From Hormiphora californensis (taxonomy: Eukaryota > Animalia > Ctenophora), in the NCBI GenBank assembly GCA_020137815.1, contig CM035354.1, forward strand, positions 3,906,001 to 3,970,000: a stretch of 64,000 nt of DNA. Reading direction: 5' to 3'. The notes below the pieces were generated by a model. It saw nothing but the letters and a program-made list of their open reading frames with translations, did no database searches and was not told the DNA's origin. Positions 24,959-43,345 of this stretch are shown piece after piece. How positions within the stretch are numbered: the stretch's first letter is position 1; each line of letters begins with the position of its first letter. The position numbers and the translations under genes are program-made.

Positions 24959-26134
24959 TGGGAATCGAGCAAACTTGAATCGCCAAAAAGGTCATCACCA
25001 ATAAGGGTCAGCACACACCTACGGCAAAATTAAAATCTTAATTTTAAACCCAGACACACCAGCATCAGTCATTTTAATATGCACTCGCATAAACCACTCA
25101 TGTCGATATTATCTCCATTCATATGCATGACTGTGACATCGTGCACACTGCTCGAAACTCGAGTTACATGTTGCAGTCATCCACCAAATGGTTGCCGGTC
25201 GTTTATCAGCCCAGTTCGGAGAGGAGAGTCTTCTGTAAGACAAACTAATCCACGCCTTTATTAATTTCAGCTACTTATAGTAAAACATTGGTGGCGCCGT
25301 CACCTCTCTGCTTGCGGGCTTCGTTTTGGTGCGCTACGTGCACGAGTTGTAAGGGTGACTGCCTCACCAAAGTAAAACACTGATCAGGCAAACTTCAAAA
25401 AGTATCGATACTCTTTACTTATTTTCTGGTAATTTACATGTTTATTTAGCACCGCCGGCCAGAGTAACAACAAGGCCAGAGCACATTATTTCTCCCTCTC
25501 TCTGTCTTTATATCTCTTTCTCTCTCTTTCTCTCTCTCTCTTTCTCTTCTTATATCAGTAATATTCCAAGTACATATATTACATTGAGTGTTGAAATTTT
25601 ATGAAGTTCAACCATTACACAACAAATAATTCTGTGATAAAATTCACCCCATATTCCTGGAAACCAGTGCTGCTCTTCTGTTCAATTCCAAGTCTTTAAT
25701 CTTGCTGGACCTCTAGCAGACTCCCCCCCCCCTCCATCGTGCCATATTTCGTGTTGTTTCCCGGTACCCCACTGAAACAACAAAATTCTTGCTCACTGTC
25801 GACACCAAAACTATTATAAATTTCCGAGAAGTGGAATTTCTTCTTGTTATGTGCAGGGAAGGAGGGTCGAACAAGGCAAATTTCTTCGACACATTTATAA
25901 AATGTCGAATTAATTCTTTTCGATGATTTAGATTTTGGATGAGAATAGCTCCTTGCGTTTTTAAATTTATTTTCCCTTATTAGTTATTGGACACACCTTC
26001 TTTATAACCAGAATTCGACAAAAAGGTGAAATCTGAACTGTCTGTAATATGTACTACATGACAGTTTCTGGTAGTGTTTATTTAGCTCTGCCGGCAAACT
26101 AACATAATTTTATTTCTCTCTCTCTCTCTCTCTC

Positions 26135-26167
<33 letters not shown>

Positions 26168-26536
26168 CTCCCGCTCTCTTTCCAGATTTATCACATACTG
26201 GGAAGGATTCAAGGTCACATATATTGAGCCTGTCTTAGCTCAATTCTTGGAACTAGCGAACTTTCCGGGGATACAACTCCAGTAAAATCTTTAAACAAAC
26301 ACTGTACCCTGTTTTAATTTAAGATCTCCTTGTCATCTGTGTTAGTATTGATATATCCTGCCCCAATATCAATCACCTGCCCATCATTGGTTTGCAAAAC
26401 CATTTTGCTGAAATCGCTATCTTTTGTCAGTGATTGAAACACAAGTTTTTACCTTTGAAATAGTTGTTGGAGGGTTTCTACTTTCTAGTATAATAGATCT
26501 TATTACTGACGTTCCCTTACTCCATTTGTTTTAGCA

Positions 26537-29500
26537 ATGGAATCTGGCAGTGGATTGTTTGTTAGGCGGAGCCCCATATCTTATTCAGCACAATTTGGGT
26601 AGGTTATATAGCTACATTTGTAAATTCGATTCTAAATCTGATCTGATTACTGTAAAAAACAATTAATTTCTCTCTCTCTCTGGAATATGAGGGATTGCAA
26701 AGGTTCCCGCTGTATATCAAAATATCTGCTGCAAAATGAAATAGGGGACTGCAGCAGAGGGAATACCCCCTGGAAAATTCCAGGGGGTATTCCAGGTAGC
26801 ATGGGGATCTATTGATGTAATGGTTATGAGTATGTGATCGGGGATGTGACGGATGAATCATGAATATCACGATCTTCTAAACCCTGAATGTCTCTCTTTA
26901 CAACAAATCCCCCCTTTTTTCAGGTATTCGATTGGTCACGTACTCAACGATCTTTGTTCAGCATGTTGGTTTTCCTATCTTATTGTGTTCCTGACAGACA
27001 TCCAGGGAAAAAGCAGTGATTTCGCTGGAGTTCTCATGTTAGCAGGACAGGTTAGTACATTACTGCTTAGGAATAGACCCTGATTACTATTTGTACAACT
27101 ACATTAGTAGATTAGTACAACACACATGTTGCCTAGTCCAAACTCTCTCTAAACTGGTGAAAATATGAACAATACAATTTAATTGTCCTGTCGAGTGTAG
27201 TACACTGCAGTTGTTGTATAGTTGAGAGCGAGGGCAGGCTTTTCACTAAATGTACATGTAGATTTGTAGGGGAAGTTAGGATTCGTGCTATTATAAGGGA
27301 AGGTGGTGTGGGAAGGGTGATGTGGTATGGTGGTGTGGTATTAGTTAGCAGGGATCGGGCAGGTGCATAGCTGGTTTATAATGACACCCTCTTGGAGCCG
27401 GGAGTCCACTAAACGGTTCCCCATGCAGCATGTGCCCAATTACTACACTGTACCCACTGTACCCAATTACCCACTGTACCCACGTGGAAAGCACACCTGT
27501 AAATTTGCTCCGTTACTCACTATTATACCGCCCTATTGCTCCCTCCCTCTCTCAAGTCATCGCTACGTGCAGACCAGCTGTGATAGTGTAGTAATTGGGC
27601 ACATGGACTGCTGCATGGGGAACCGTTTAGTCCACCACAATGTTAACATGCTTCATAAATCATAGATCTTCAAAAAGAGTTCTCTGTAAAACATGACAAT
27701 GGTAGTGGTACAGAGTGTACCATTTTGGTTCTCAGTAAAATATAATGATGGTAGTGGTACAGAGTGTACCATTTTGGTAAAACTTTCAACAAGTATTTGC
27801 CGCTGACTCCTTATCGACACATGTTTTCACCACACCCCCGTTCTACATGCGTCATGTACTCCCGTACATGCGTCACATTATTTTATCTGCGTCATCTGAC
27901 CCTAGAGACTATGAAAATTCGGATGGGAATTTATCCAATTCCATTCTTATCATTCTTATGTTATCTCTCTCACGAGAAAGCCTAGTAACTTGAGCCAACA
28001 TTCAACCTATACCCAACATTCTGGGACACTATCACATGCTATATCAGCCATCGTACGTGTTTCAAGCAGACCCGTGTTATCAGAAGTCACATGGAACCTT
28101 AGTGAATTCATTAGATTTTGGAGTACTGCGGTTGGACACCGATTTTCCGGGATCCTTGGTGGAAGCCTTTTTTCCCGGTATATTGGGGTGCCCGGTATAT
28201 TGGGGTGAAGCATTTTTTTAGTTACCTCCCTCGGTGCAAATAATAGTGGCCCGGAAATGTAGGATCATAAACAAGCGTTCTAGAAAAAGTTTGAAAACAA
28301 AAGGTACGTGATTTAAGGGATCTCTGTTTGTGTTCGATCCCCAGTCGGTCCCCCCTTTAGTTGTCATGCTATATTACATATAGGCGGCTTGGCTGAAAGG
28401 GGCTTGGAAAGTCGGGTGATGTTGTGGGTGAATTAGGATTTTCTAGATTCTCGGAAGATCACAATTTATCTCACTGTGTGTGTCATGTGGAGTAGGGATT
28501 CCCCGAATAATCCTCAGCTCTTTTCCATTAAACACGTAGTAAATTGAGTGTTTGTTTAGAGCACACATTCTCTGTACAGTGTACACGGAGCCCAATTACT
28601 GATCCATTATTGGAGAATTTCTGACAGTGATTGTTTGGGAATTGGGATCATTAGTGAGTATAGGACAAATATCGGTACATTGGGATGGGATTGTAATTGG
28701 GGGGGTTGTCATGGGATTGTCATGGGACGTGACGTATTTGGGAAATGGGATGAAATCAGGGGAATGACAACAACTCGTTACCAACTATAGTAACAATGGC
28801 ACCACTTATGAATTAGATCATCAAGTAGAACTACTAATCTCTCTACTACTCATTGCCCAGTTTTACTATTCATGTTCCTTCTCATGCTCTGTCTCACAAC
28901 TGCTGCAGACACCACCTACCCCCCTCCCACTAACATACCCCCCTTCCCCCCCCCCCCAATTTAACAGATCCCTTTCCACAGATTGCAGATGGTTTAGCGA
29001 CCCCATTAGTAGGGATATGTATAGATAAAATCAATAACTCCTATGGAAAGCGAAAGACATGGCATGCCATAGGGACACTTTTCGTTGCTTTATCTTTTGC
29101 CTTTGTGTTTCACAAATGTTTTGGTTGTGAAGGTTCCTCCATGCTCGTTCAACAGATTTATTACGGGTAAATATCCGCACTCTGTTATAGTTTTAGTTTT
29201 TTGGGGGAGTTATCTATTTAAAAGTGCAAGCCAACTAATCCATTACCCCCTAACTCTTACAGGGTGTTTATTGTGCTGTTCCAATTCGGATGGGCTAGTA
29301 CACAAATTGCTCATCTCTCCCTGATACCCGTTTTGACGGTTGATAAGCGGAAAATTGTTTTCCTCAATGCTGTCAGGTATGTCTTATTCGCATAAATTGC
29401 CAGTACAACTGTTACAGTAGGCGAAACAATAACACACCACTTTCGCGGCTGTAGAAATCATGTGATTTAACCGTCCTGTGTTATGGAAGGCGCGCATGCT

Positions 29501-32500
29501 TGCTTATGATGAGAATACTCCAGCGGTAGCATTTGGTATGACGCGCGCGCATTTAGCCTTCTGAGAATCTCGTATAACGTGTGATATCGATCCCATTCCA
29601 GATCAAGCTTGGTGGGACCGTTATCACACTTGGTGAAGCGACTTATCCCTGCATCGACTGACATTGTCTGACAGGGCGAAAGCTTGGGAGAATTTACCAC
29701 TCAGCTTACCACTGTTCCTGTTATAGGCCCGAGAAATTGCATAAGAGATTGAATTCCATCTAGTTTAAGCCAGAAATGCTATTATGAAAATTTATGCTCG
29801 TAGCATATATGCCACCTGTCGGGAAATACTGGGGGCCATACTGTCGGGTACCTTCATGTCAGCAGGGGGGGGTCCATAATGCTATTAATAATAGCATTTT
29901 GAATTCCTCCTGATTGTATTGTGAATCCTATTTTCGCCATTTTAGTATCTCATCTAAAGGTTGCACAATGCACACTAGACAAATCTGTCTGGCCAATGCT
30001 CTGACAGAGACAACACGGGGCTCCATTATATTTTCAGGTCTGGACTTACATTTGTCTGTGGTATTATGGTGTATGTTATAATGTGGTTCCTTCTGCACTT
30101 GGAAGGATCTGACTCTGATTCACTGGGACCGGAAGATGCCCCCGCATTTGAGGTACAGAACTTTTAGCTAGTCGGTGTTGTTACAAGATTATAGGGCATC
30201 AGGCCTTGTTTAACAATATGTTTATGTAGACCTAGTTTGTTATGATAGTGATATAAGGAAGTGGTAGGCACTTGCAAAAACGTGGTTCGATCACATCAGC
30301 TGAAGTCTGTAGTTGATATACCGTTTTTGCAAGTGCCTACCACTTCCTTATATCACTATCATAACAAACTAGGTCTACATAAACATATTTGTCCCATATT
30401 TGTAGCTTCACAGTTCACACTTGGTGCGAATAAAGCACAACAAGCTGTTATGTTACTGCCTACTGGTAAACCAGGTTTAACTTACACATAACAAGTTTCA
30501 ACCCTTGTTTTCAGAATTTGAGCTACGTCGTTATTGGAATTGGACTGGCGTGTTCCCTTGTGTTCCACATCCTGGTTAAAGAGACCAGTGACGAGGAGCT
30601 AGCAGCACAGGTACAACCCCGGCACCTTGTCTTGTTCGACCCTGTCTCTTGAGATCTCACAAAGGGTACCGGCTGGGAATATCTCGTCGGGAGACGGTAT
30701 TATCTTTTACCGATATCATGGGTCGTTAGATTCTGTGCATTTCCATCTACTGATTGCCATGTCTGGTGGGTTGTGCATTGCACCACTGCACCAATTTAAA
30801 AGTAATCTCCTCCACGTCTCACAATAACAATCGGCTGTTTTAGGTTGAGGAACAGAGGTTATTGAAGGAGGAGAAACCACGACAGAAGAGGAAAATATCA
30901 GATTGGTTTAAACAGAAAAAGTTCTATCTTGTAAGTTTTTACGGGGTGGTTGTCATAGTAACAAATGGTCATGTGTTGTTGTACTCAACAAGTCATGTGG
31001 TAAATGGACTTAATGGCATGGTAATGCCAATCGTTATCGGCCATCGAAGTGTTTTTATACTGTCAAGTTTTAACTCAATTAGTGAATGACCACTACTTAG
31101 ATTTAAACACCATTCCCTCTCTCTCTGCAGATTGGTCTAATGTACATGTTTACAAGACTGACAGTGAACGTACCCCAAGTGTACCTCCCCAAATACCTCA
31201 CCAAGGCACTAGCGCTGAAGAAAGAAAGTATTGCCTTCTTCCCACTAATGATGCTTATCTGCTCTGTAGTTGGTGAGTTGACTTGTTTTGTAGGGGGTTA
31301 CAAGAGTTGACGGAACTTTATTCAGAGTGACTCAACAAGATTTTCAGTTTTTTTAAAAATGTTTGTACAATAATTTCAGGGAGTTTTCTGTCTCGGTTCA
31401 TTGTCAAGTACATTGGAAAGAGGGCTACGTACGTGATTGGAGCAGTACTTGCCATTTCAAGCTCTGTCTGGTTCCAATTCCAGGTAGGCCCATCTCATTG
31501 CAATGCCATCTCCCTCTCTTTATTACATCAACGATGACCCTACCCCTACACTAGACGGTAGACCCCCTCACCCCCTTTCAGCCCCCACACTAACCCCCTC
31601 ACCCCCATTCAGCCCCACACTAACCCCCTCTCCCCATTCAGCCCCTGTCAGACCTGTGTCTCACATACGGCGCTACAGCCTTGATGGGTGCTGGTAGCAG
31701 TATAATGTTGGTACTCAGCCTTAGCATGACTGCCGACCTCATTGGAATTCACTCGGTAAGTTGGGAACTGTTTGTAGGTAACTGTTGTTATAACCTACAT
31801 CGTAAGATATGAGCTATTTCTACTAAGTTCGCATCATTCCGAGAAAGACGTATTTCTCGGAATGATGTGAACTAGGCTCTGTAGCCTGTAACATGTTATA
31901 ACACAATTAGGCCCGAAACCGATCAGGGAGGCTCTCTATAATCCCATATTACTGTATCCTTAGAAACCATCTGTTACAACTGCACGATATATTTCATGCC
32001 CAACAACCCTAACAGGAGACTGGTGCCTTTGTCTATGGATCTATGTCTCTCCTGGATAAGATAACAAATGGTGTGGTCATTGCTCTCATCCAACATTACC
32101 ATCCAAACGAGGACTGCACGGATGTGTCAACGTGTCCCCTTGCAAAGTTCTACCGGTGAGTGAATTGACACGATTTGGTTTTGCAGATCAACCTAGCAAG
32201 TCATGAGTCACACTATAAATCTTGCCCTGCCCACTATTTTACCATCTTTTCCACCCCCAGGTATGTTATGTTCCTGGTACCGGGAGTTTCAGCAGTCTGT
32301 GGGACCCTCGCTGTCCTGTTTCTGGTGTGTAATAGTATGGCTAACCGAAGGAAGTCCCCCTCCCCAGGAGCAGGAAAACTATGTGATGCTCTTCACACGC
32401 AATCAGGTAGGGAACATCGATACATTACAACTTTATATGTAGTAGTATAGCTTGGATCTGCACATCATGCCTAAAGTTGTGGCGGATAGCTTGGGCCTGG

Positions 32501-33077
32501 GAACAGGATCTATGTATACCTCTAGTTGGGCCGGGTAGCTTGTGTCTGTGAATAGGACATTTGGAGTGTGGGTACCTTGAGTTGTGGTGGGATGTTTGCG
32601 ATCAGTCATCAGAAGTTCTCGGAAATTACTAAATAGATCAATCAGACTCTGAATCAGAGCAGGATTCTAGAAATAGAGGTGGGGATTCCAGGGACAGGGA
32701 CATTATAATGAGAGCGACGGTGGAGTTCTGAATTTCTTGGAAATTCAAGTTATGGCCTATGCTAGTTCATAAGAAACGTGACGCATAACCAAGCAGTTCT
32801 TAGAAAACGTGTTTTCTGGTAGTTTCCGGTAATTTGTCTTTCTCGATTCACTTTCTTTAAAACTAAGAAACTGGCCGCATGCGGCCGCAAAACTAAGAAG
32901 TTCGGTCGCATGAAGTATATCGAAGACGAAATTTCGAAGAAATCCAGATATAGCTTGTGATAGTTTTCCACTCCCTTCAATCTACTAATACCCTGTATTT
33001 CAGTGGGCTCATCCCCAGGATCAAGTCGTTATGGTGTTATCGAGGAGAATTCAGAGTCGGATGGAAACAGTATTTAG
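26537..33077 (+). CDS. MFSD12: Major facilitator superfamily domain-containing protein 12 (lysosomal cysteine importer family)
   Basis: Exons 26537-26598, 26924-27050 ([18 protein letters not shown]...GQ), 28982-29166 ([11 protein letters not shown]...YGKRKTWH), 29263-29376 ([17 protein letters not shown]), 30038-30152, 30515-30610, 30844-30930, 31131-31272 (YMFTRL..NVPQVY), 31380-31483, 31642-31755 (MTADLIG), 32016-32155 ([13 protein letters not shown]), 32261-32406, 33004-33077. These motifs match MFSD12. Confidence 0.95.
30215..30389. mobile_element. 175-bp hairpin (MITE-like) in an MFSD12 intron
   Basis: Perfect ~68-bp inverted arms AATATGTTTATGTAGACCTAG...GCAAAAACG / CGTTTTTGC...CTAGGTCTACATAAACATATT. 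No clear TSD. Confidence 0.65.
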
Positions 33078-34222
33078 TGAACTACTACTATTGTGGTCAC
33101 AATGAATTAACTTTGTTCCACAAAGCAGTCAAATGAAGTGGCGTCAGTTCAGATTTATTCTTTAGGAGACATCATCTTCCCGACCCCTGTACAGTACGAA
33201 AAGTCGATTTTTCAGAACTGAGAGAAATGAACTCTTAGATTGTAATATTGTGGCAGTTCACTGCTGGTTAAGTGTGTGTGCCATCTGTTTACTGTTTATA
33301 CATATTGAGAATCCTAAAAATCACTATCATTATTTTTGTTTTAGAGTCGCATTCTGGAAATTAGAGTTGAATCCCTTTAATTTAGTCCCAGTTGTCAAAC
33401 TCCATAGTTGATTTCTTGGTAGTGCCCTCAAGCCACTAATTTAACTCCGAAATCCAATAGAGATATTAAATATGTTGATGATAAATTAAGAGTTTATATA
33501 AACAGATTATACATTGTTGTTGTTTATGTTGTTGTTTGAGAGATGTTTTATTCATGCAGGGTTTCATGTTGGTCAGGTATGCTGCCTGGCGGCGCCCACC
33601 CAATCTGAGCGCACTTTTGAGAATCAAAACGGGGTCGGCGCCGCCAGACAGCGTGTGTGTGTAATGTGTGAATTCTCTGTTTTATCAGAATTTTATCTTT
33701 TACCGGAACTTCCTAACCACCCTGTTTTTATGTGTCAGTTTAGGCTCCTTCCAGCGGGGATCGAATACAGAACACCGTAGCGCTTGTCAGCACAGAGTGA
33801 CACGCATGGTCGAACACGATGTACTTGCGCGCCACGGATATTACAAAATGGTCAATGCGCGTTACTGCACAGTGCACGTGACCACCGACCAGTGAATATC
33901 CTGGTGATATGAGTCAGAATATGGGGATTCTTGGTCGCATAATTTCATTTCCACAAGATCAGACATCCGAAATGTGATCTGGTGACCCATGAGTCAGGGT
34001 TCCGTTGCCGCTGATCAGTTTTTAGTCAATATTCGGGACAAGTTGGTACAATTTAATCAACTTTCAAAGACACCTTCATCATGATCCGAATGGTCACGAT
34101 GGACAGCGTACACCATTGCAATGCACTGCGCCAACTTGTTCAGTTGTTAAAATCTAAACTCATTCATGAATTACGGGGAAAGTTAAATATAAATGATCAC
34201 ATAAAATAAAGTAGATAAAATG

Positions 34223-34331
34223 CAGGAACCGACCGAATCAGGAAATACTGGTCCCTGATTGGCTGATAACCAGTCACGTGACCTGAATAACGAGTTATGA
34301 TTGGTTGTTTACTTGTTTCGGTCGGTTCCTG
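34223..34331. mobile_element. 109-bp hAT-type MITE
   Basis: TIR CAGGAACCGACCGAA / TTCGGTCGGTTCCTG with a perfect 8-bp TSD ATAAAATG at 34215-34222 and 34332-34339. Confidence 0.9.
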
Positions 34332-34571
34332 ATAAAATGTATGAAATGGATTTCAGTCCCAGTCTTTCGTCTTGCTACCAGGCAATCATGCACCACACGT
34401 CCAGTCAACAAACCACACCTATCAATTGGGTATGATATCCCCTGAGCTCCCTCCTTTGCTGTACTAGCTCGTACCCAAACCAGTCAACAGTTAATATTTT
34501 AATTTGTTGAGTATATAACAAATTTTGATACGGATATAAACCATGCAATTCAAGTCTCTATTAGAGTTCTC

Positions 34572-39763
<5,192 letters not shown>

Positions 39764-42700
39764 ATGTCACACTTAGCCCTGTTAGCATATGGCGTGTTTG
39801 TGTCAGTTAAAATGTTGTTCAAAGTTCGCTTTTAACAAGGGGAGACAGTTATACAAGCAACACAAATTCGCAACAAATATTGGTTTACACTATACTGCAG
39901 CACAACGTGAGGAACGGATTCTGGGTGATACCTGCTATTGCCAAAATTAGTGCTGTAAGTGGACTTAGTGCAATTAATTATAATCCCACTCTAGGATATG
40001 TAGAATGAGCACTGATCAATGAGGCGACAGCTTATTGAGCAGGGATTATCTAACAAATCCCCCGGCTCGTGATTGTTGCATGGAAACTTTATTACAACAA
40101 ATCCAAATCGTTACTCAAACGAAACATCAATTGTGTACCGCACATTTGGCGCAGTTGATGTATTTCGGAGGGTTTCCAAGCCTTACAAAACAGTGATAAA
40201 CACTGACTTCACTACCGTCTCTCAATCTCGCCTTATTGTAGTCTCTCTGTCTATATCTCTCTATTTTATTCCTCTCTACTTTTATCGAATTCAACGGCTA
40301 GTCGATGACATCTAACACTGAAGTTGACCTCCAAAGGGCTCTTCAGTCCAAGAACATATAATACCGAAGAAAGAAAACAGTACATATTTTGTATTATAAA
40401 ACTTATCGAATGATAAGCTACATCAGAATTCAGAGTTCAGACACGAGTAAAATTATTACAAAATTACGACAGGATAAAAAGTGAAGGTATTTGTAACCGG
40501 CACAGCTTTCAGAAAACATAAATATCTGAAGAGTGTAAGAAAAAGCTTGGAAATATGCAAAGGATCGTAAGAACAAAAGAGGAAGGAATTTACTGAGGCT
40601 CATTAATGTACACAAAGTCAAACTTACTAGAAATTGCGCAAAATGAGGAAAATATACTCGTTATGACTATCTGAGAGTACTAGAAGCGTGTTTATAATGA
40701 CGATAATAGATTAGATAGCAGGTTGAATGCCGTAATAAGTAACGCGACACATGACGGCGCTGTTGGTGAGGTAATGAAAAAGTGGATACTGCAACGCGAC
40801 ATGTGAACTAGAGTTTAACAGAAGGTGCTGAACATTGTATCAGCTGGCTGAGAGGGAACACCTTCCGCCTTTTACCTATCATGTTTGTGATGACAGGCAG
40901 CTTTTATAGCAAAATTAGAGCTCCAGATGTCTCTCTCTCTCTCTCTCTCACCCTCCCTCTATCTCTCTCTCTCACCCTCCCTCTCCATCTCTCTCTGCCC
41001 TCGCTCGCTCTGTTTTTTCGCTGCAGTGGAGCCTCGGGAGACCATACCTCTTCATTCTCTCGAACTCATTCCAGAACTCGAATTCTCGTCAGTTTACTGT
41101 GGTAATAGAAGCAGTGGAAGTGTGTCACATTATTATCATACAAGAATAACATTCCGTGTAGCTTCATTAGACCTGGACTTCAGCACTAATTTATACCGGC
41201 TATTATAATATACGTAACGACTTGTAGAAAAACACTGTACAGCTGCATTAAACATAAAGTTACACGCACACCCCACACCCACACAAAATATTAATTCGAT
41301 GATACTATCGAATTTCCCTCTCCCCCTCGTTCTCGCTCTCTCTATCCCTATCCCCCTCTCTCTACATTAATCCTTATTCTATCTCTTCATCTTAGTACCT
41401 ACCAAGCTCAAATATCTCCTCAAATATCTCCTGATACCGGTATCCCTTTTGTCTCAGAATAAAGAAACCTCAGCAAAGATTGATACTGCTTCGAGCCAAA
41501 ATCAAGATCATAACAGGAAACGATAGAGAGAAGAAAGGGGAGAGTAAGAGAAGAAGAGATATGAAGGGAAAAAGACAGCTGGAGGAATCGATGGCTAAGC
41601 AGGCGGCCGAATGCCGATGACAGATGGCTTCGAAATTCCTCATTAAGCAACATAATGCAGCTCTGTCTTCATAAACAAAGGAAGTAAGAAAGACCAATGC
41701 ATTGAAGGATAATGGAAACTGATATTTTTGCTCCATTCTCAATTTGTCCTTCATCAGGCGACCCAAATTTCTGATGGCGGACAAAAACTAAAAAAGTACC
41801 AAAGATCAAAGGGTTGAACACGTTCCAGTGGAGCCTACTCGGGGCGGTATTTGGTAAATAATACCCGATACCCACACACAGCTAATGATAAGTCAGGGGT
41901 ATTATCACCAAATCATGTAGCTCGCCTCCATGCTTTAAACTCATGAAATCTAATGCTGATCTAACACCGAGCGGGGGAGAGAGATCAGAGACTCATTACT
42001 TGGCTAGTAGCATTGTTGAGAGGTTAAACAATAAAAGGTGTGAGATGATGAGTGGAGCTATCACATTCCAATCACGTTGATAACAGCTCCATCAGAACAG
42101 CAAAACAAAGGCGGGATCAGTGCAGACGGAGGGAGATTGGCCGGAGATCCGAGATATCATATTAATTCACTAGGACCTTGAGTAGGTAGACACTAGACAC
42201 CCACTATCATGGTTTCATGGTACATAGATCAACTTTATGGTAGATGGGATAGAAACTGAATGGCGATTGGCGTCTGAATGTCTGACGTCTGCCTGAATTC
42301 TAGAAAGGCTGAATCTACACAGAGCGAGAACAGTTGAGAAGACCATGATCCGGTTTCAATAAGGTCGCTGTGAGGCACTGAGTCAAGGGAGAAAGAGAGG
42401 GGTAATGGATATCAAGTTCCATTATATTGAGAGTTCATTTCACACCATATACATATGACGTAATTAAATCAACCCGGACAATAACTTAAAAGTGAATTTA
42501 TTCTTAAGTCAAGTTTTGAGATTCGGCCCCGGTTAAGAAAAAAATCAATTACTAAATAAACCCGGATATCAACTGCGTCTTGCGAAAAGGAAGCGTTCTT
42601 TACAACAGTTACCAAACCATTGAATTGTTCATGCTTTTTCATTCGGAGCACGGACACAGCCTCAAGCGACTCAAGATAAGAAGGGGTCCTAGCAAATCCA

Positions 42701-42889
42701 AATACACGGGTTCTCAACTATACATCAGAATGTACACTGTACATCATCCAACGCGACCTGTCCAGAAGTGGGAAATCCCTTCTCCGCGCGCCATGCCGCG
42801 CAATAATCTGATTTGCGCGTCGGAAATTATTTGAAAAATCCAAGCCGAAAAATTTTGTTTTGAGTTTTGACGCCACTTTTTAAAGTCGG

Positions 42890-43050
42890 ATTTTCAAATT
42901 TCGCAAATGACCATATCTCCGGTTCCTGATAAGATAGAGACTTGAAATTTGGAGGTTCGGAAGAACTTAGCAAGATCTTCGTAAGCTCCAAATTTCAAGT
43001 CTCTATCTCGTCAGGAACCGGATTTATGGTCATTTGCGAAATTTGAAAAT
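42890..43050. repeat. 160-bp inverted repeat immediately upstream of the KH gene
   Basis: ATTTTCAAATTTCGCAAATGACCAT...GACTTGAAATTTGGAG pairs with CTCCAAATTTCAAGTC...ATGGTCATTTGCGAAATTTGAAAAT. Confidence 0.8.
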
Positions 43051-43345
43051 ACCCAGGGGGGTGACAGTTTCAAAAAATCCGATATTAAACTTTTTTTCTT
43101 TGAAACTGTGAACTGTCCCGACTCTGTCAGCGACAGACGGCTGCCAGACAGCTTGAAACTGGCCCCTAACATCTGCACGATGGAAGGAAGCTATTTAGTT
43201 CAACATCGTCTGTTAATGAAATATTTAGCATTTGATTTGCAGGACCAGTGTATGCCATGCTGTCTAAGCTCTGGGAAGTATTCTTCCTCAAATTGTTTGA
43301 CTTTCCCTAATGTCTAATAAAGTTAAATACTTTCTAAATAGCAAA

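Noticed and set aside
33745-33840. tRNA gene on the minus strand
   Set aside because: A- and B-box-like words are present, but there is no cloverleaf. At most it is a degraded tRNA-derived SINE head.
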